IMG/VR virus record: IMGVR_UViG_3300023176_002545
DNA: 64,000 nt
Source: a virus
Direction: 5' to 3' (one strand)
Shown: piece after piece, positions 55,585 through 64,000 of the stretch
Layout: the number at the start of each line of letters is the position of its first letter
Position numbering within the stretch: position 1 is the first letter of the stretch
Notes under the pieces: model-generated
Seen by the model: only the letters and a program-made list of their open reading frames with translations
Told to the model about the DNA's origin: nothing
Databases searched by the model: none
Position numbers and translations under genes: made by a program

Positions 55585-56350
55585 AGGATTTTTAATTTTT
55601 GCACAACCAAACGGAAAAACGGATTATGTTGCACAAGCAGAACTGCTAAAAGCAAGTATTAAAAAATACTGCAACATTAATGATGTTACTATTATTAGTG
55701 AGTTTGAAGAAGATCATGCAAAAAACAGTGAGTGGAAAATAGAAAATCGTTGGAAAGCCTACGAGCTTAGTCCTTATGATGAAACTATTGTACTAGATGC
55801 AGACATGTTGTTTTTTAGGAATGTTGACGATTGGTGGGATAAGTTTTCTAACTATGATATGTTTTTTACTACTGATGTGCTAACATATAGAAAAGAAATA
55901 GCAACTAGCGTTTATTATAGAAAAACATTTATAAAAAATAAATTGCCAAATATCTATACAGCATTTTATTATTTTAAAAAGACACCAAAGACTGAAGCAG
56001 TGTTTAAATTGTTAAAAAGTATTACACTTAATTGGAAGACCTATTATAACATATACCTAAAGAGCATGTTTCAGTCAGGACAGAGTTTTGATTTGAACAT
56101 GGCTCTTGCAATATACATACTAGGTTTAGAAAACGAAACGTCAGATAAAACATTAGTTCCTACGTTTATACATTTAAAACCAAAAATGCAAAATTGGGAT
56201 AAACCTTCAGACAGTGCTGTTGATAGAATACCAGTATATCAATTTGATGATAAACTTATGCTTGACAGTTATATGTTAAATGACATATTGCACTACGTTG
56301 AAGATAAGTTTGTCACTTCTGAAGTCAAGGAGTTTTTTAATGTTAGCTGA
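55571..56350 (+). CDS. GT-A glycosyltransferase-like protein, paralogue of the preceding gene (start possibly TTG 55577)
   Basis: KGFLIFAQ, SPYDETIVLDADML (DxD) and SFDLNMALA. Confidence 0.7.
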   Translation: MILSKGFLIFAQPNGKTDYVAQAELLKASIKKYCNINDVTIISEFEEDHAKNSEWKIENRWKAYELSPYDETIVLDADMLFFRNVDDWWDKFSNYDMFFTTDVLTYRKEIATSVYYRKTFIKNKLPNIYTAFYYFKKTPKTEAVFKLLKSITLNWKTYYNIYLKSMFQSGQSFDLNMALAIYILGLENETSDKTLVPTFIHLKPKMQNWDKPSDSAVDRIPVYQFDDKLMLDSYMLNDILHYVEDKFVTSEVKEFFNVS

Positions 56351-56867
56351 TAGACTTAAAGAAGTTTTAGAAAATCAAAGAAAACTTGCAACGCAAAAGT
56401 TTTATGTTTCTTTTGATGAAACAGGGAGAATAACAAGTGTATTTGCAAGCTCAGATGAACCACCGGAAAATTCTGTTGAAATAGATACTACTTTAGCAGA
56501 AGGATTTTTAAGTGGCACAGTGATGAAAACAAAATACACTGTTGCAAAAATTGGTGATAGTCATCAACTTCAAAAAGTAGAACAGCAGTTTAATCTAACG
56601 TCTGGTTCTTCTTTTTATAAAGCACCTGTTGCTAAACAATTAGTTACTCTATTGATTAACAAAAATAAAAATATGCTAACTGTGTTAAACGGAGACAACC
56701 TTGATGGCTCAGCAGTTTTTTATATTTGTGAAAAAAATTGCTTCCATAAACTTAAACAATCTTTAGTATATGATCCTGTAACAAATGTTTATGCATTAAA
56801 TGCAACTGAAAATATTGACATTTACATTCCTGCACACATAAGAAATGTAGGAGTTCAATATGAGTGA
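56340..56867 (+). CDS. Hypothetical protein (start moved from 56280)
   Basis: AAGGAG RBS before the in-frame ATG at 56340. Confidence 0.55.
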   Translation: MLADRLKEVLENQRKLATQKFYVSFDETGRITSVFASSDEPPENSVEIDTTLAEGFLSGTVMKTKYTVAKIGDSHQLQKVEQQFNLTSGSSFYKAPVAKQLVTLLINKNKNMLTVLNGDNLDGSAVFYICEKNCFHKLKQSLVYDPVTNVYALNATENIDIYIPAHIRNVGVQYE

Positions 56868-58206
56868 TTTTAAATTAAGACTAACTGACTTTGATTTTTA
56901 TTTTTTAGATCAAGGAAGTCCTAATGCAGAAGAAAATTTTTATGATCTAAAAAATAAAATACCTTGGGCTCAGAGGACTTCTAAACTTCCTAAAAAAGAT
57001 TATTTTGTAATAACGGACGACTCAAAACTAAACGATAAGTTTTTAAATCAACCTTTAATTTTTGAAGAAGCAGTAAGAAATGCTACAATTAACTGGCACA
57101 ACAAAAGTATAGTAAATCATTTGACATACGAAACATCTGGTGTGCAGTGGAAAGGCGGAACAGATTTTAGTTTTACTATTGATCATCCAGGTGCAGAAGT
57201 ATATCATGCAGATACGCCTGAACAAGCATACGAAAGTGCCTATAAAGAAATTAAAAATATTCTTGATGGAAAATCATTAGCAAATATTACAGAAGCCGAA
57301 CGCAAAAGAATTTTGATATGGAACTATCTAGGTCTTGATACAGAGAACGGTGATGCTTGTATAAGAGGTGCTCGTGCTGCTTGTAAAGAAATGCTGAGTT
57401 TAACTGAGTGGGCATCTTTGCCTATTGGTTCTCCTTTAACTACATTGCAGTGTCATTTTTATAAAATGGTATACAAAAGCCCTCATAGAATCAGCGGCAA
57501 CATAAAAGAAAACGAAGTTAGTCGTTATGACATTGTGTTTATAAGTTATAATGAGCCTAATGCAGAAGAAAACTGGCAATCATTAAAAGCACGTTTTCCA
57601 AGAGCTCAAAGAGTACACGGAGTAAAAGGTATACATCAAGCACACAAAAAGGCCGCAGAACTGTGTACTAGTCCAATGTTTTGGGTGGTAGACGGTGATG
57701 CAAAGATTGAAGAAGAGTTTAGGTTTACATATAAAGTACCAGATGTTGAATTAGATTTTGTACATGTATGGAGAAGTCGTAATCCTGTTAACGATTTAAT
57801 ATATGGATATGGCGGAATTAAATTATTGCCTAGAGAACTTACATTGAATATGAATATAGATACTGCGGATATGACAACAAGTATTAGCAGCAAGTTTAAA
57901 CCTATGCCTATTGTATCTAATGTTACAGCGTTTAATACTGATCCTTTTAACACTTGGAAAAGTGCATTTAGAGAATGTGTAAAACTAGCGTCACGCTCTA
58001 TTGACAGACAGCATGATGAAGAAACCGAATACAGACTAACACAGTGGCAGTTTGAAGGAAATAAAAGACGTTATGGAGAATACGCACAAATGGGTGCAAA
58101 ACAAGGTCAAGAATACGGTGAAGCTAATGCTGATAAACCTGAAGCACTTAAAAAGATAAACGATTTTGATTGGCTTAAAGAGAGGTTTGAAAATGAAAAT
58201 ACGTGA
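56860..58206 (+). CDS. Glycosyltransferase-like protein with a degenerate N-terminal and an intact C-terminal GT-A-like domain
   Basis: C-terminal DIVFISYNEPNAEENW...RVHGVKG...FWVVDGD...W.SAFRE.VKL; N-terminal relic PNAEENFYDL..K.PWAQR. Confidence 0.65.
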   Translation: MSDFKLRLTDFDFYFLDQGSPNAEENFYDLKNKIPWAQRTSKLPKKDYFVITDDSKLNDKFLNQPLIFEEAVRNATINWHNKSIVNHLTYETSGVQWKGGTDFSFTIDHPGAEVYHADTPEQAYESAYKEIKNILDGKSLANITEAERKRILIWNYLGLDTENGDACIRGARAACKEMLSLTEWASLPIGSPLTTLQCHFYKMVYKSPHRISGNIKENEVSRYDIVFISYNEPNAEENWQSLKARFPRAQRVHGVKGIHQAHKKAAELCTSPMFWVVDGDAKIEEEFRFTYKVPDVELDFVHVWRSRNPVNDLIYGYGGIKLLPRELTLNMNIDTADMTTSISSKFKPMPIVSNVTAFNTDPFNTWKSAFRECVKLASRSIDRQHDEETEYRLTQWQFEGNKRRYGEYAQMGAKQGQEYGEANADKPEALKKINDFDWLKERFENENT

Positions 58207-59104
58207 TATTGATATTATCTATTTGTCATATGACGAACCTAATGCAGATGAAAACTATGCCGATCTGCTTAAAAAAGCACCTTGGGCTAAACGTGTACAC
58301 GGCGTAGAAGGATCAGATGCCGCACACAAAGCCTGTGCAGAACTTGCAGAAACAGAACGATTTATTACTGTTGACGGTGACAATAAAATTTATGCTGACT
58401 TCTTAGAACAAGAAATAGATTTTAAACAACATCCTTATATGAAAAATGCTGTACTAAGTTGGTGCGGATATAATGTAATCAACGGACTTATGTACAGCAA
58501 TGGCGGTTTAAAATGTTGGCCAAAAGATGTTGTACTAAACATGAAAACACATGAAGCAAGTGAATCAAACGATATTGCTGCTCAAGTAGAATTTTGCTGG
58601 AACTTGGATTATATACAAATGAATAGTTGTTATTCAAAGGTATATAATAACGCTACACCTGCACAAGCATGGAGAGCAGGCTTCCGTGAAGGTGTTAAAA
58701 TGTGTTTGGACAGAGGTCGAAAGTTTAACAGTATAACATTCAAAGATGAAGTCTACTGGCAGAATCTGCATAGACTAATGATATGGCAAATGGTAGGTGC
58801 AGATGTTGAACATGGTATGTGGGCAATATATGGAGCACGATTAGGTTGTGTAATGACTAATCTTGAAAATTGGGATTATGTACAAGTTAGAGATTTTAAG
58901 TACCTAAATAGTCTATGGGAAGAAATAACTCAAGATGTAGATGATACTAATATATTGTGGAAAGTAAGAAAGTTAGGATTTAGACTACAGCAAGAATTAG
59001 GATTGCCTGTTGACTTGCCGTTTACTAGAATTCAAAGCGAAATGTTCAAAGACAGTTATACAAATACAGATCGCACAGGTCAAGGATTTATTGATGTTGA
59101 ATAA
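58193..59104 (+). CDS. Glycosyltransferase-like protein (start moved from 58166)
   Basis: DIIYLSYDEPNADENY...RVHGVEG...FITVDGD and QAWRAGFREGVKM; gagagg RBS before ATG 58193. Confidence 0.65.
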   Translation: MKIRDIDIIYLSYDEPNADENYADLLKKAPWAKRVHGVEGSDAAHKACAELAETERFITVDGDNKIYADFLEQEIDFKQHPYMKNAVLSWCGYNVINGLMYSNGGLKCWPKDVVLNMKTHEASESNDIAAQVEFCWNLDYIQMNSCYSKVYNNATPAQAWRAGFREGVKMCLDRGRKFNSITFKDEVYWQNLHRLMIWQMVGADVEHGMWAIYGARLGCVMTNLENWDYVQVRDFKYLNSLWEEITQDVDDTNILWKVRKLGFRLQQELGLPVDLPFTRIQSEMFKDSYTNTDRTGQGFIDVE

Positions 59105-60479
59105 ACTAGTAAAAAAATTTGCTAGACAGCTAAAGATTGTAAAAGATCCTATTGACCGTATGACTGAAGTAAAAGAAATTACGGATAAAGTTTCTCCTAC
59201 ATTTTGTTTGGCAAAATGGCATCACACTACAATATATTTACAAACAGGTGAAACGCATAGTTGTTATCATCCTGCACCGCATATTATTCCCTTACACGAA
59301 CTTGAAAACAATCCTAGTGCCCTACACAATACAGTAGAAAAGAAATTACAGCGACGAGAAATGATGGCAGGACTAAAACCTAAAGGGTGTCAGTACTGCT
59401 GGAATATAGAGTGCATGGGCAAAGACTATGTAAGTGACAGGCATGAAAGAAATGCTGGAATCTATACAAAAGAACGATTAGCAGAAATTGTAGACAATGA
59501 TTGGGACTTTAATATTAATCCAGAGTATATTGAAGTTTCATTTGGTAATGAGTGTAATTTAAAATGTGGATACTGTCATCCTAAAGCAAGTAGTAGTTAC
59601 TTTAAAGAAATAGAAGAATATGGCCCTTATGATATGGTTAAAAACCATTCATTTGATACCCGCCGTATGCGTATATACAAAAAGGAAGAAGAAAACCCTT
59701 ATGTACAAGCATGGTGGGACTGGTGGCCCCAGGTAAGTAAAACGCTGAACATATTACGCATTACAGGAGGTGAGCCACTTTTGCAACAGAGTACTTGGCG
59801 TTTGCTTGAGGACCTATCCGAGAATCCTCGTCCTAATCTTGAAATCAATATTAACAGTAATCTTGCTGTTAAAAATATACTTGTAAAACGTCTTGCAGAA
59901 AGGGTTAACAAGTTAATTGAAGAAAAGAAAATTAAACGGTTTAAATTGTTTACTAGTATGGACACTTGGGGAACACCTGCAGAATATATTAGAACTAACT
60001 TAGACTTGTCTGTTTGGGAAAAGAACTTTGATACATGGATGACACAAACAGATCAACCTATTACATTTATGGTTACATTTAATGTGTTGTGTGTAACTAC
60101 ATTTAACAAACTGCTTGAAAAGTTTTTAGAGTGGAGACAGAAATATCAAACTGGTACAAGACGCATACGTTTTGATACACCTTATCTAAAAGAACCTTTG
60201 CAGTACGATATGAATATACTTCCTAAAAGTTTTATGAGTTATATGGAAAGTCATTTAGAATTTATCAAAAGCAATCTAGATGACTATGACGTAAACAAAT
60301 TTACAAAACTTGAATATGAAAAGTTTCGTCGTGTTGTAGATTACATGCGTACTACAAACTATGACGAAGAAACCTTAGATATAGGACGAAAAGATTTTGT
60401 TGCTTGGTTTAAAGAACATGATAGACGTCGAGGAACAAATTTTGCTAAAACGTTTCCTGAATTACATGGTATTTTTTGA
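59094..60479 (+). CDS. Radical SAM protein with an N-terminal Cys cluster (start moved from 59010)
   Basis: CNLKCGYC and ITGGEP motifs; N-terminal CLAKW...HSCYHP...GCQYCW; aagga RBS before ATG 59094. Confidence 0.85.
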   Translation: MLNKLVKKFARQLKIVKDPIDRMTEVKEITDKVSPTFCLAKWHHTTIYLQTGETHSCYHPAPHIIPLHELENNPSALHNTVEKKLQRREMMAGLKPKGCQYCWNIECMGKDYVSDRHERNAGIYTKERLAEIVDNDWDFNINPEYIEVSFGNECNLKCGYCHPKASSSYFKEIEEYGPYDMVKNHSFDTRRMRIYKKEEENPYVQAWWDWWPQVSKTLNILRITGGEPLLQQSTWRLLEDLSENPRPNLEININSNLAVKNILVKRLAERVNKLIEEKKIKRFKLFTSMDTWGTPAEYIRTNLDLSVWEKNFDTWMTQTDQPITFMVTFNVLCVTTFNKLLEKFLEWRQKYQTGTRRIRFDTPYLKEPLQYDMNILPKSFMSYMESHLEFIKSNLDDYDVNKFTKLEYEKFRRVVDYMRTTNYDEETLDIGRKDFVAWFKEHDRRRGTNFAKTFPELHGIF

Positions 60480-61691
60480 TGGATACGTTGGGTCGTTGAT
60501 TAACTGATTACCTAAGTAATTTTGAGCAGATTCGATAAGTCTTAAAAATTCACTAATTGTGTAATCATTATAATCAGCAAATTTATAATTGTAGTCTAAT
60601 AAATCTTCATTTTTTAATGACCAATCAATTTGTTGTGAACGTGTCATTTTAGAAAGCATAGTACACACACGAACTATTTCTTTTTCTAATTTATTCCAGC
60701 GTTTAACAATGTCTGGTTCAAAGTCAAACTCGTAGTCAAACCAATCAGTGTATAATTTATAACCTAGTCTTTGAAGATTATAGTTTTGTCCTGTTTGTCC
60801 CCATATAAGCACAGGTGTTTTACATACGATAGGTTTAAAAGTTTTTTCGCTATAGAATAAACTAGTTTCTCCCCAATCACTTTGCATAGTTTCAGAAGTG
60901 AGATTAAACAATACTTGATTTTGTAAACCTACTCCTAAATCGTCAGCCCAGTTAGTTTCAAAGTCGGTTGTATCTGCAATAAGAGGAGTAACCCTTGTTA
61001 GAGTTTGTTCCATTTCTTTAGTAAAAAATTTGTTGGCTTTATATTCTTTTGGGTTTAATCGGTCATGACTAAGCAAACCATACTGTGCTACACCTGCTTC
61101 GTGCAGCCTCCAAGTACAATAACTACGCCAAAATCTATTACGTCTAGTTAAGTTAAGATAAAACTTTCCTTGATAGTTTTGTTCTAAACTTTGTCTACGG
61201 CTAAATCTTCTTTTGCCTTCTGTCATCATAACTTTTTGAAAAGTATCCCAATGCATAATTTCAATAATGTTGATAGGATAGTAATCACCGTGTGTGATAT
61301 GGAAATTTTTAAAATTTGCTTTTTCTCTAAGATTTCCGCTTAAGAAAAATATAGCAGATGGATCTATGTTATTTTTTATTGCACTATTATATAATGCTAT
61401 AGCAACGCTTTGATGTTCTGGTGCCCAACCTTCGTGTGTACCATCTAATATAAAGATACATTTTCTTTGTCGTAACATATCAAGATAAAATGGTTTTATT
61501 GAGCTAAACACATCTGTATCTGTATCAAAAGGAGCATCATAGGAATAGTGTGCAAACAGGACAGTTATACTATTATAAGATCCTTTTTTAAGTAGAGGTA
61601 TATGTTTTTTATAGTGATAAAAGCAGCCAATCTCACTTGGGCACTCTCTAAAATATTTGGTGTTGATAAGCCAGTCTGTTAGGTGTTGCAT
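60462..61691 (-). CDS. Glycosyltransferase-like protein (GT10 / fucosyltransferase-like motif)
   Basis: NLTSET...FYSEKTFKPI...P.LIWG...GYKLY..WFDY.FD motif; TAAATA at 61724-61729. Confidence 0.5.
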   Translation of the reverse strand: MQHLTDWLINTKYFRECPSEIGCFYHYKKHIPLLKKGSYNSITVLFAHYSYDAPFDTDTDVFSSIKPFYLDMLRQRKCIFILDGTHEGWAPEHQSVAIALYNSAIKNNIDPSAIFFLSGNLREKANFKNFHITHGDYYPINIIEIMHWDTFQKVMMTEGKRRFSRRQSLEQNYQGKFYLNLTRRNRFWRSYCTWRLHEAGVAQYGLLSHDRLNPKEYKANKFFTKEMEQTLTRVTPLIADTTDFETNWADDLGVGLQNQVLFNLTSETMQSDWGETSLFYSEKTFKPIVCKTPVLIWGQTGQNYNLQRLGYKLYTDWFDYEFDFEPDIVKRWNKLEKEIVRVCTMLSKMTRSQQIDWSLKNEDLLDYNYKFADYNDYTISEFLRLIESAQNYLGNQLINDPTYPSKNTM

Positions 61692-61702
61692 TGAAAATCC
61701 AT

Positions 61703-61729
61703 TAAATACTCAGTTAACTAAGATATTTA
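61703..61729. promoter_or_regulatory. Face-to-face late promoters: TAAATA (+, 61703-61708) and TAAATA (-, 61724-61729)
   Basis: Both lie in the 50-bp gap between divergent genes, in the same layout as 10977-11004. Confidence 0.55.
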
Positions 61730-61741
61730 TGAAGGTACAAT

Positions 61742-62872
61742 ATGAGAATAGCATTTATTGGTTTAGGAAAACTAGGACTACCCTGTGCAGAAGAAATAGC
61801 CAAGAGCGGTCACATAGTTTCAGGATATGATATTGTTGAATGCAATACAAATAACGTCAAACAGTTGCCAACAATACAAGAAACTGTAGAAGGTCAAGAG
61901 ATTGTATTTGTTGCTGTACCAACGCCACACGACCCTGCATATGACGGTAGAGCTCCTACAGCACACCTAGAGCCAAAAGATTTCAGTTACGATATTGTTA
62001 AAGACGTTTTAACAGAATGTAACAAGCACATGAACAAAGACCAACTGCTTGTTTTAATCAGTACAGTGTTACCTGGAACAACTCGTAGAGAATTTATTAA
62101 TTTAGTACCTAATACACGATTTGTGTATAATCCGTATTTGATTGCTATGGGCACAGTTGCATGGGACATGGTAAATCCTGAAATGGTAATGATTGGAACA
62201 GATGATGGCAGTGAAACAGGTGACGCAAAACAGTTGGTAGACTTCTACAAAACTGTAATGCAAAATGATCCACGTTACGTTATTGGTACTTGGGACGAAT
62301 GTGAAGCAATCAAAGTTTTTTATAATACATTTATTAGTACAAAGATTGGACTAGTAAACATGATACAAGATGTTGCACAAAAGCAAGGCAACATCAATGT
62401 TGATGTAGTTACCAAAGCACTAGCAGAAAGTTCGCAACGTATCATGGGTCCTAGTTATATGAAGGCAGGCATGGGCGACGGTGGTGCTTGTCATCCTAGA
62501 GATAATATTGCACTACGTTACATGGCAAAAAATCTACATTTAGGATACGACATTTTTGATAGTATTATGAACGCTAGAGAAATACAAGCACGTAACATGG
62601 CTATTGAAATACTCAAATATGGAAACAAAGTACAGTTTAGTAGTGACAGTTATAAACCAGGTGTAGAATATATAGACGGCAGTTATAGTTTACTAGTACA
62701 GCATTATGTTAAAGAATTAGGTGGCTGGATAGTAGATAAAGATCCTAGCGTATTTGTAAGAGTACATGATACAGATGCAGTACCTGAAAATGTTACTGTT
62801 TTTGACCCTTGGCGTAATTATGAGGGCCAAAATCCTGTAGTACACTATGGAAATACTAGACACAGCAAGTGA
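61742..62872 (+). CDS. ugd: UDP-glucose/GDP-mannose 6-dehydrogenase family protein
   Basis: GLGKLG Rossmann motif, FVAVPTP, STVLPGT, YNP, EAIKVFYN and catalytic GDGGACHPRD. Confidence 0.88.
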   Translation: MRIAFIGLGKLGLPCAEEIAKSGHIVSGYDIVECNTNNVKQLPTIQETVEGQEIVFVAVPTPHDPAYDGRAPTAHLEPKDFSYDIVKDVLTECNKHMNKDQLLVLISTVLPGTTRREFINLVPNTRFVYNPYLIAMGTVAWDMVNPEMVMIGTDDGSETGDAKQLVDFYKTVMQNDPRYVIGTWDECEAIKVFYNTFISTKIGLVNMIQDVAQKQGNINVDVVTKALAESSQRIMGPSYMKAGMGDGGACHPRDNIALRYMAKNLHLGYDIFDSIMNAREIQARNMAIEILKYGNKVQFSSDSYKPGVEYIDGSYSLLVQHYVKELGGWIVDKDPSVFVRVHDTDAVPENVTVFDPWRNYEGQNPVVHYGNTRHSK

Positions 62873-62887
62873 AATATGTTATAATTA

Positions 62888-63886
62888 ATGATGATTGATG
62901 AGAATACTTTTACTGAAATACCATTTGAAAAGATTGTTAAGTTTGGGCAACGTACCTTATTGGAACAGAACCTATTTACTGTCAGTTGGATTCTTGGTCG
63001 CTTTTGCAATTATAATTGTAGCTATTGCTGGCCCTACGCAAGATCAGACAAACCGGACCATTATGATTTATCCGTTTACAAACAGACAATTGATAATATA
63101 AAATATCAAGCACAGTTAAATGGCTTTAAGAATTTTCATTTTAGTTTCAGTGGAGGCGAACCCACTGCTTATAAATACTTTGGGGAACTTATAGAGTACT
63201 ACTGTAGTGATACAGCACCCGAGTATCAAAGTATACATATGACCACAAATTTATCACCCGGAAGCAAATGGTGGAATAGGTGGTTAGATGCAACAAGTAC
63301 TTTGCAACGTAGAAGTATAACAGCAAGTTTTCACGATGAATTTGCTAACGAGCAAGAGTTTGGAGACAAATGCTTGCAACTAATGAAAGGAGGAACCTTT
63401 GTTACGATTAATCAAGTTATGGTTCCTGAAAGGTTTGAAGAGCTTTACGAACGCCTACAACGATTTGCCGCCAGAGGCATTAGCGTCACTCTCAAACCTC
63501 AGTCCAACAATACTGCCACCGACGTGGTACATGGATATACAAAAGAACAAATTGCAATCATGCAAGCCGGATTCCCACAAAAGTGGCAAGGCGAAAAAAT
63601 CTCGCAAATTGCACTCTACGACGATAAAGGAATAGAGTACGATTTAGATCAAGCAGAACGTTTTAATGCGTTTGGCTTTAATAAGTTTGAAGGCTGGACT
63701 TGTAATGCAGGGTACCAGGGGATAGTTATTAGAGAAAATGAAGTAAAACGTTCCTATTCCTGTCATGAAGAACCTTTAGGAACAATAACCGATGGGTTCA
63801 CTATACATGACGCTCCTAGAAAATGCATTACACGTTCTTGTGTAAGTTCAGCAGATTCTAAACTTCCAAAAGTAAGAGAGATATAA
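62888..63886 (+). CDS. Radical SAM protein with a C-terminal twitch-like Cys cluster
   Basis: CNYNCSYC, FSGGEP and TTNLS; C-terminal CNAG...SC...C...C. Confidence 0.85.
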   Translation: MMIDENTFTEIPFEKIVKFGQRTLLEQNLFTVSWILGRFCNYNCSYCWPYARSDKPDHYDLSVYKQTIDNIKYQAQLNGFKNFHFSFSGGEPTAYKYFGELIEYYCSDTAPEYQSIHMTTNLSPGSKWWNRWLDATSTLQRRSITASFHDEFANEQEFGDKCLQLMKGGTFVTINQVMVPERFEELYERLQRFAARGISVTLKPQSNNTATDVVHGYTKEQIAIMQAGFPQKWQGEKISQIALYDDKGIEYDLDQAERFNAFGFNKFEGWTCNAGYQGIVIRENEVKRSYSCHEEPLGTITDGFTIHDAPRKCITRSCVSSADSKLPKVREI

Positions 63887-63888
63887 AA

Positions 63889-64000
63889 ATGTTAAAACTA
63901 GTTAATGATGATTGGACATTAGGTTATGTAAAAGACGATCCAGTTCGTCCCCATTTGCCTATGCATTGGAGAATAGTAGACGGTAGAGAAGTTTACACGT
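63889..64000 (+). CDS. Partial ORF running off the window (MLKLVNDDWTLGYVKDDPVRPHL...)
   Basis: ATG 2 nt after the previous stop codon; open to the window end. Confidence 0.6.
   Translation, partial: MLKLVNDDWTLGYVKDDPVRPHLPMHWRIVDGREVYT

Noticed and set aside
62857-62885. TAGACA-N17-TATAAT (extended -10) before the last radical SAM gene
   Set aside because: Would place the start site at or after the ATG (62888/62891), implying a leaderless mRNA; possible but not supportable without TSS data.
59094-63886. Radical SAM genes as a phage PqqE acting on the phage PqqA
   Set aside because: About 57 kb away, in a glycan cluster, with no PqqD/RRE partner visible and an architecture unlike PqqE.
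1-64000. Alternative genetic code or stop-codon recoding
   Set aside because: Long intact ORFs under the standard code, with all three stop codons used as terminators.

Overview
This is a 64 kb segment of a large, AT-rich, T4-like (myovirus-type, probably jumbo) phage genome from the virion morphogenesis region. The minus strand carries a head module (tape-measure-like gene, portal, prohead protease, scaffold, major capsid protein, decoration-type genes). A small island holds a gp55-like late sigma factor, gp47/gp46 (Mre11/Rad50-like) and a GIY-YIG nuclease under sigma70-type promoters. A long plus-strand baseplate and tail-fibre module includes a 4639-aa wedge/adhesin and an S74-chaperoned fibre. 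The window ends in a glycosyltransferase, UDP-glucose dehydrogenase and radical-SAM cluster. The most notable signals are missing from the ORF track. (1) The 558-bp gap after the capsid gene holds a terminator-bounded cassette: TAAATA late promoter, glutamine (glnA-type) riboswitch, a 28-aa basic peptide, and a 23-aa PqqA (PQQ precursor) peptide, followed by a separate structured leader. (2) A U-UUU-UUC -1 frameshift signal at the end of the gp26-like gene would add a 77-aa extension, as in lambda G/GT. (3) A structured non-coding region of about 500 nt follows the GIY-YIG gene. All family assignments come from motif recognition by eye; no database searches or folding programs were run.
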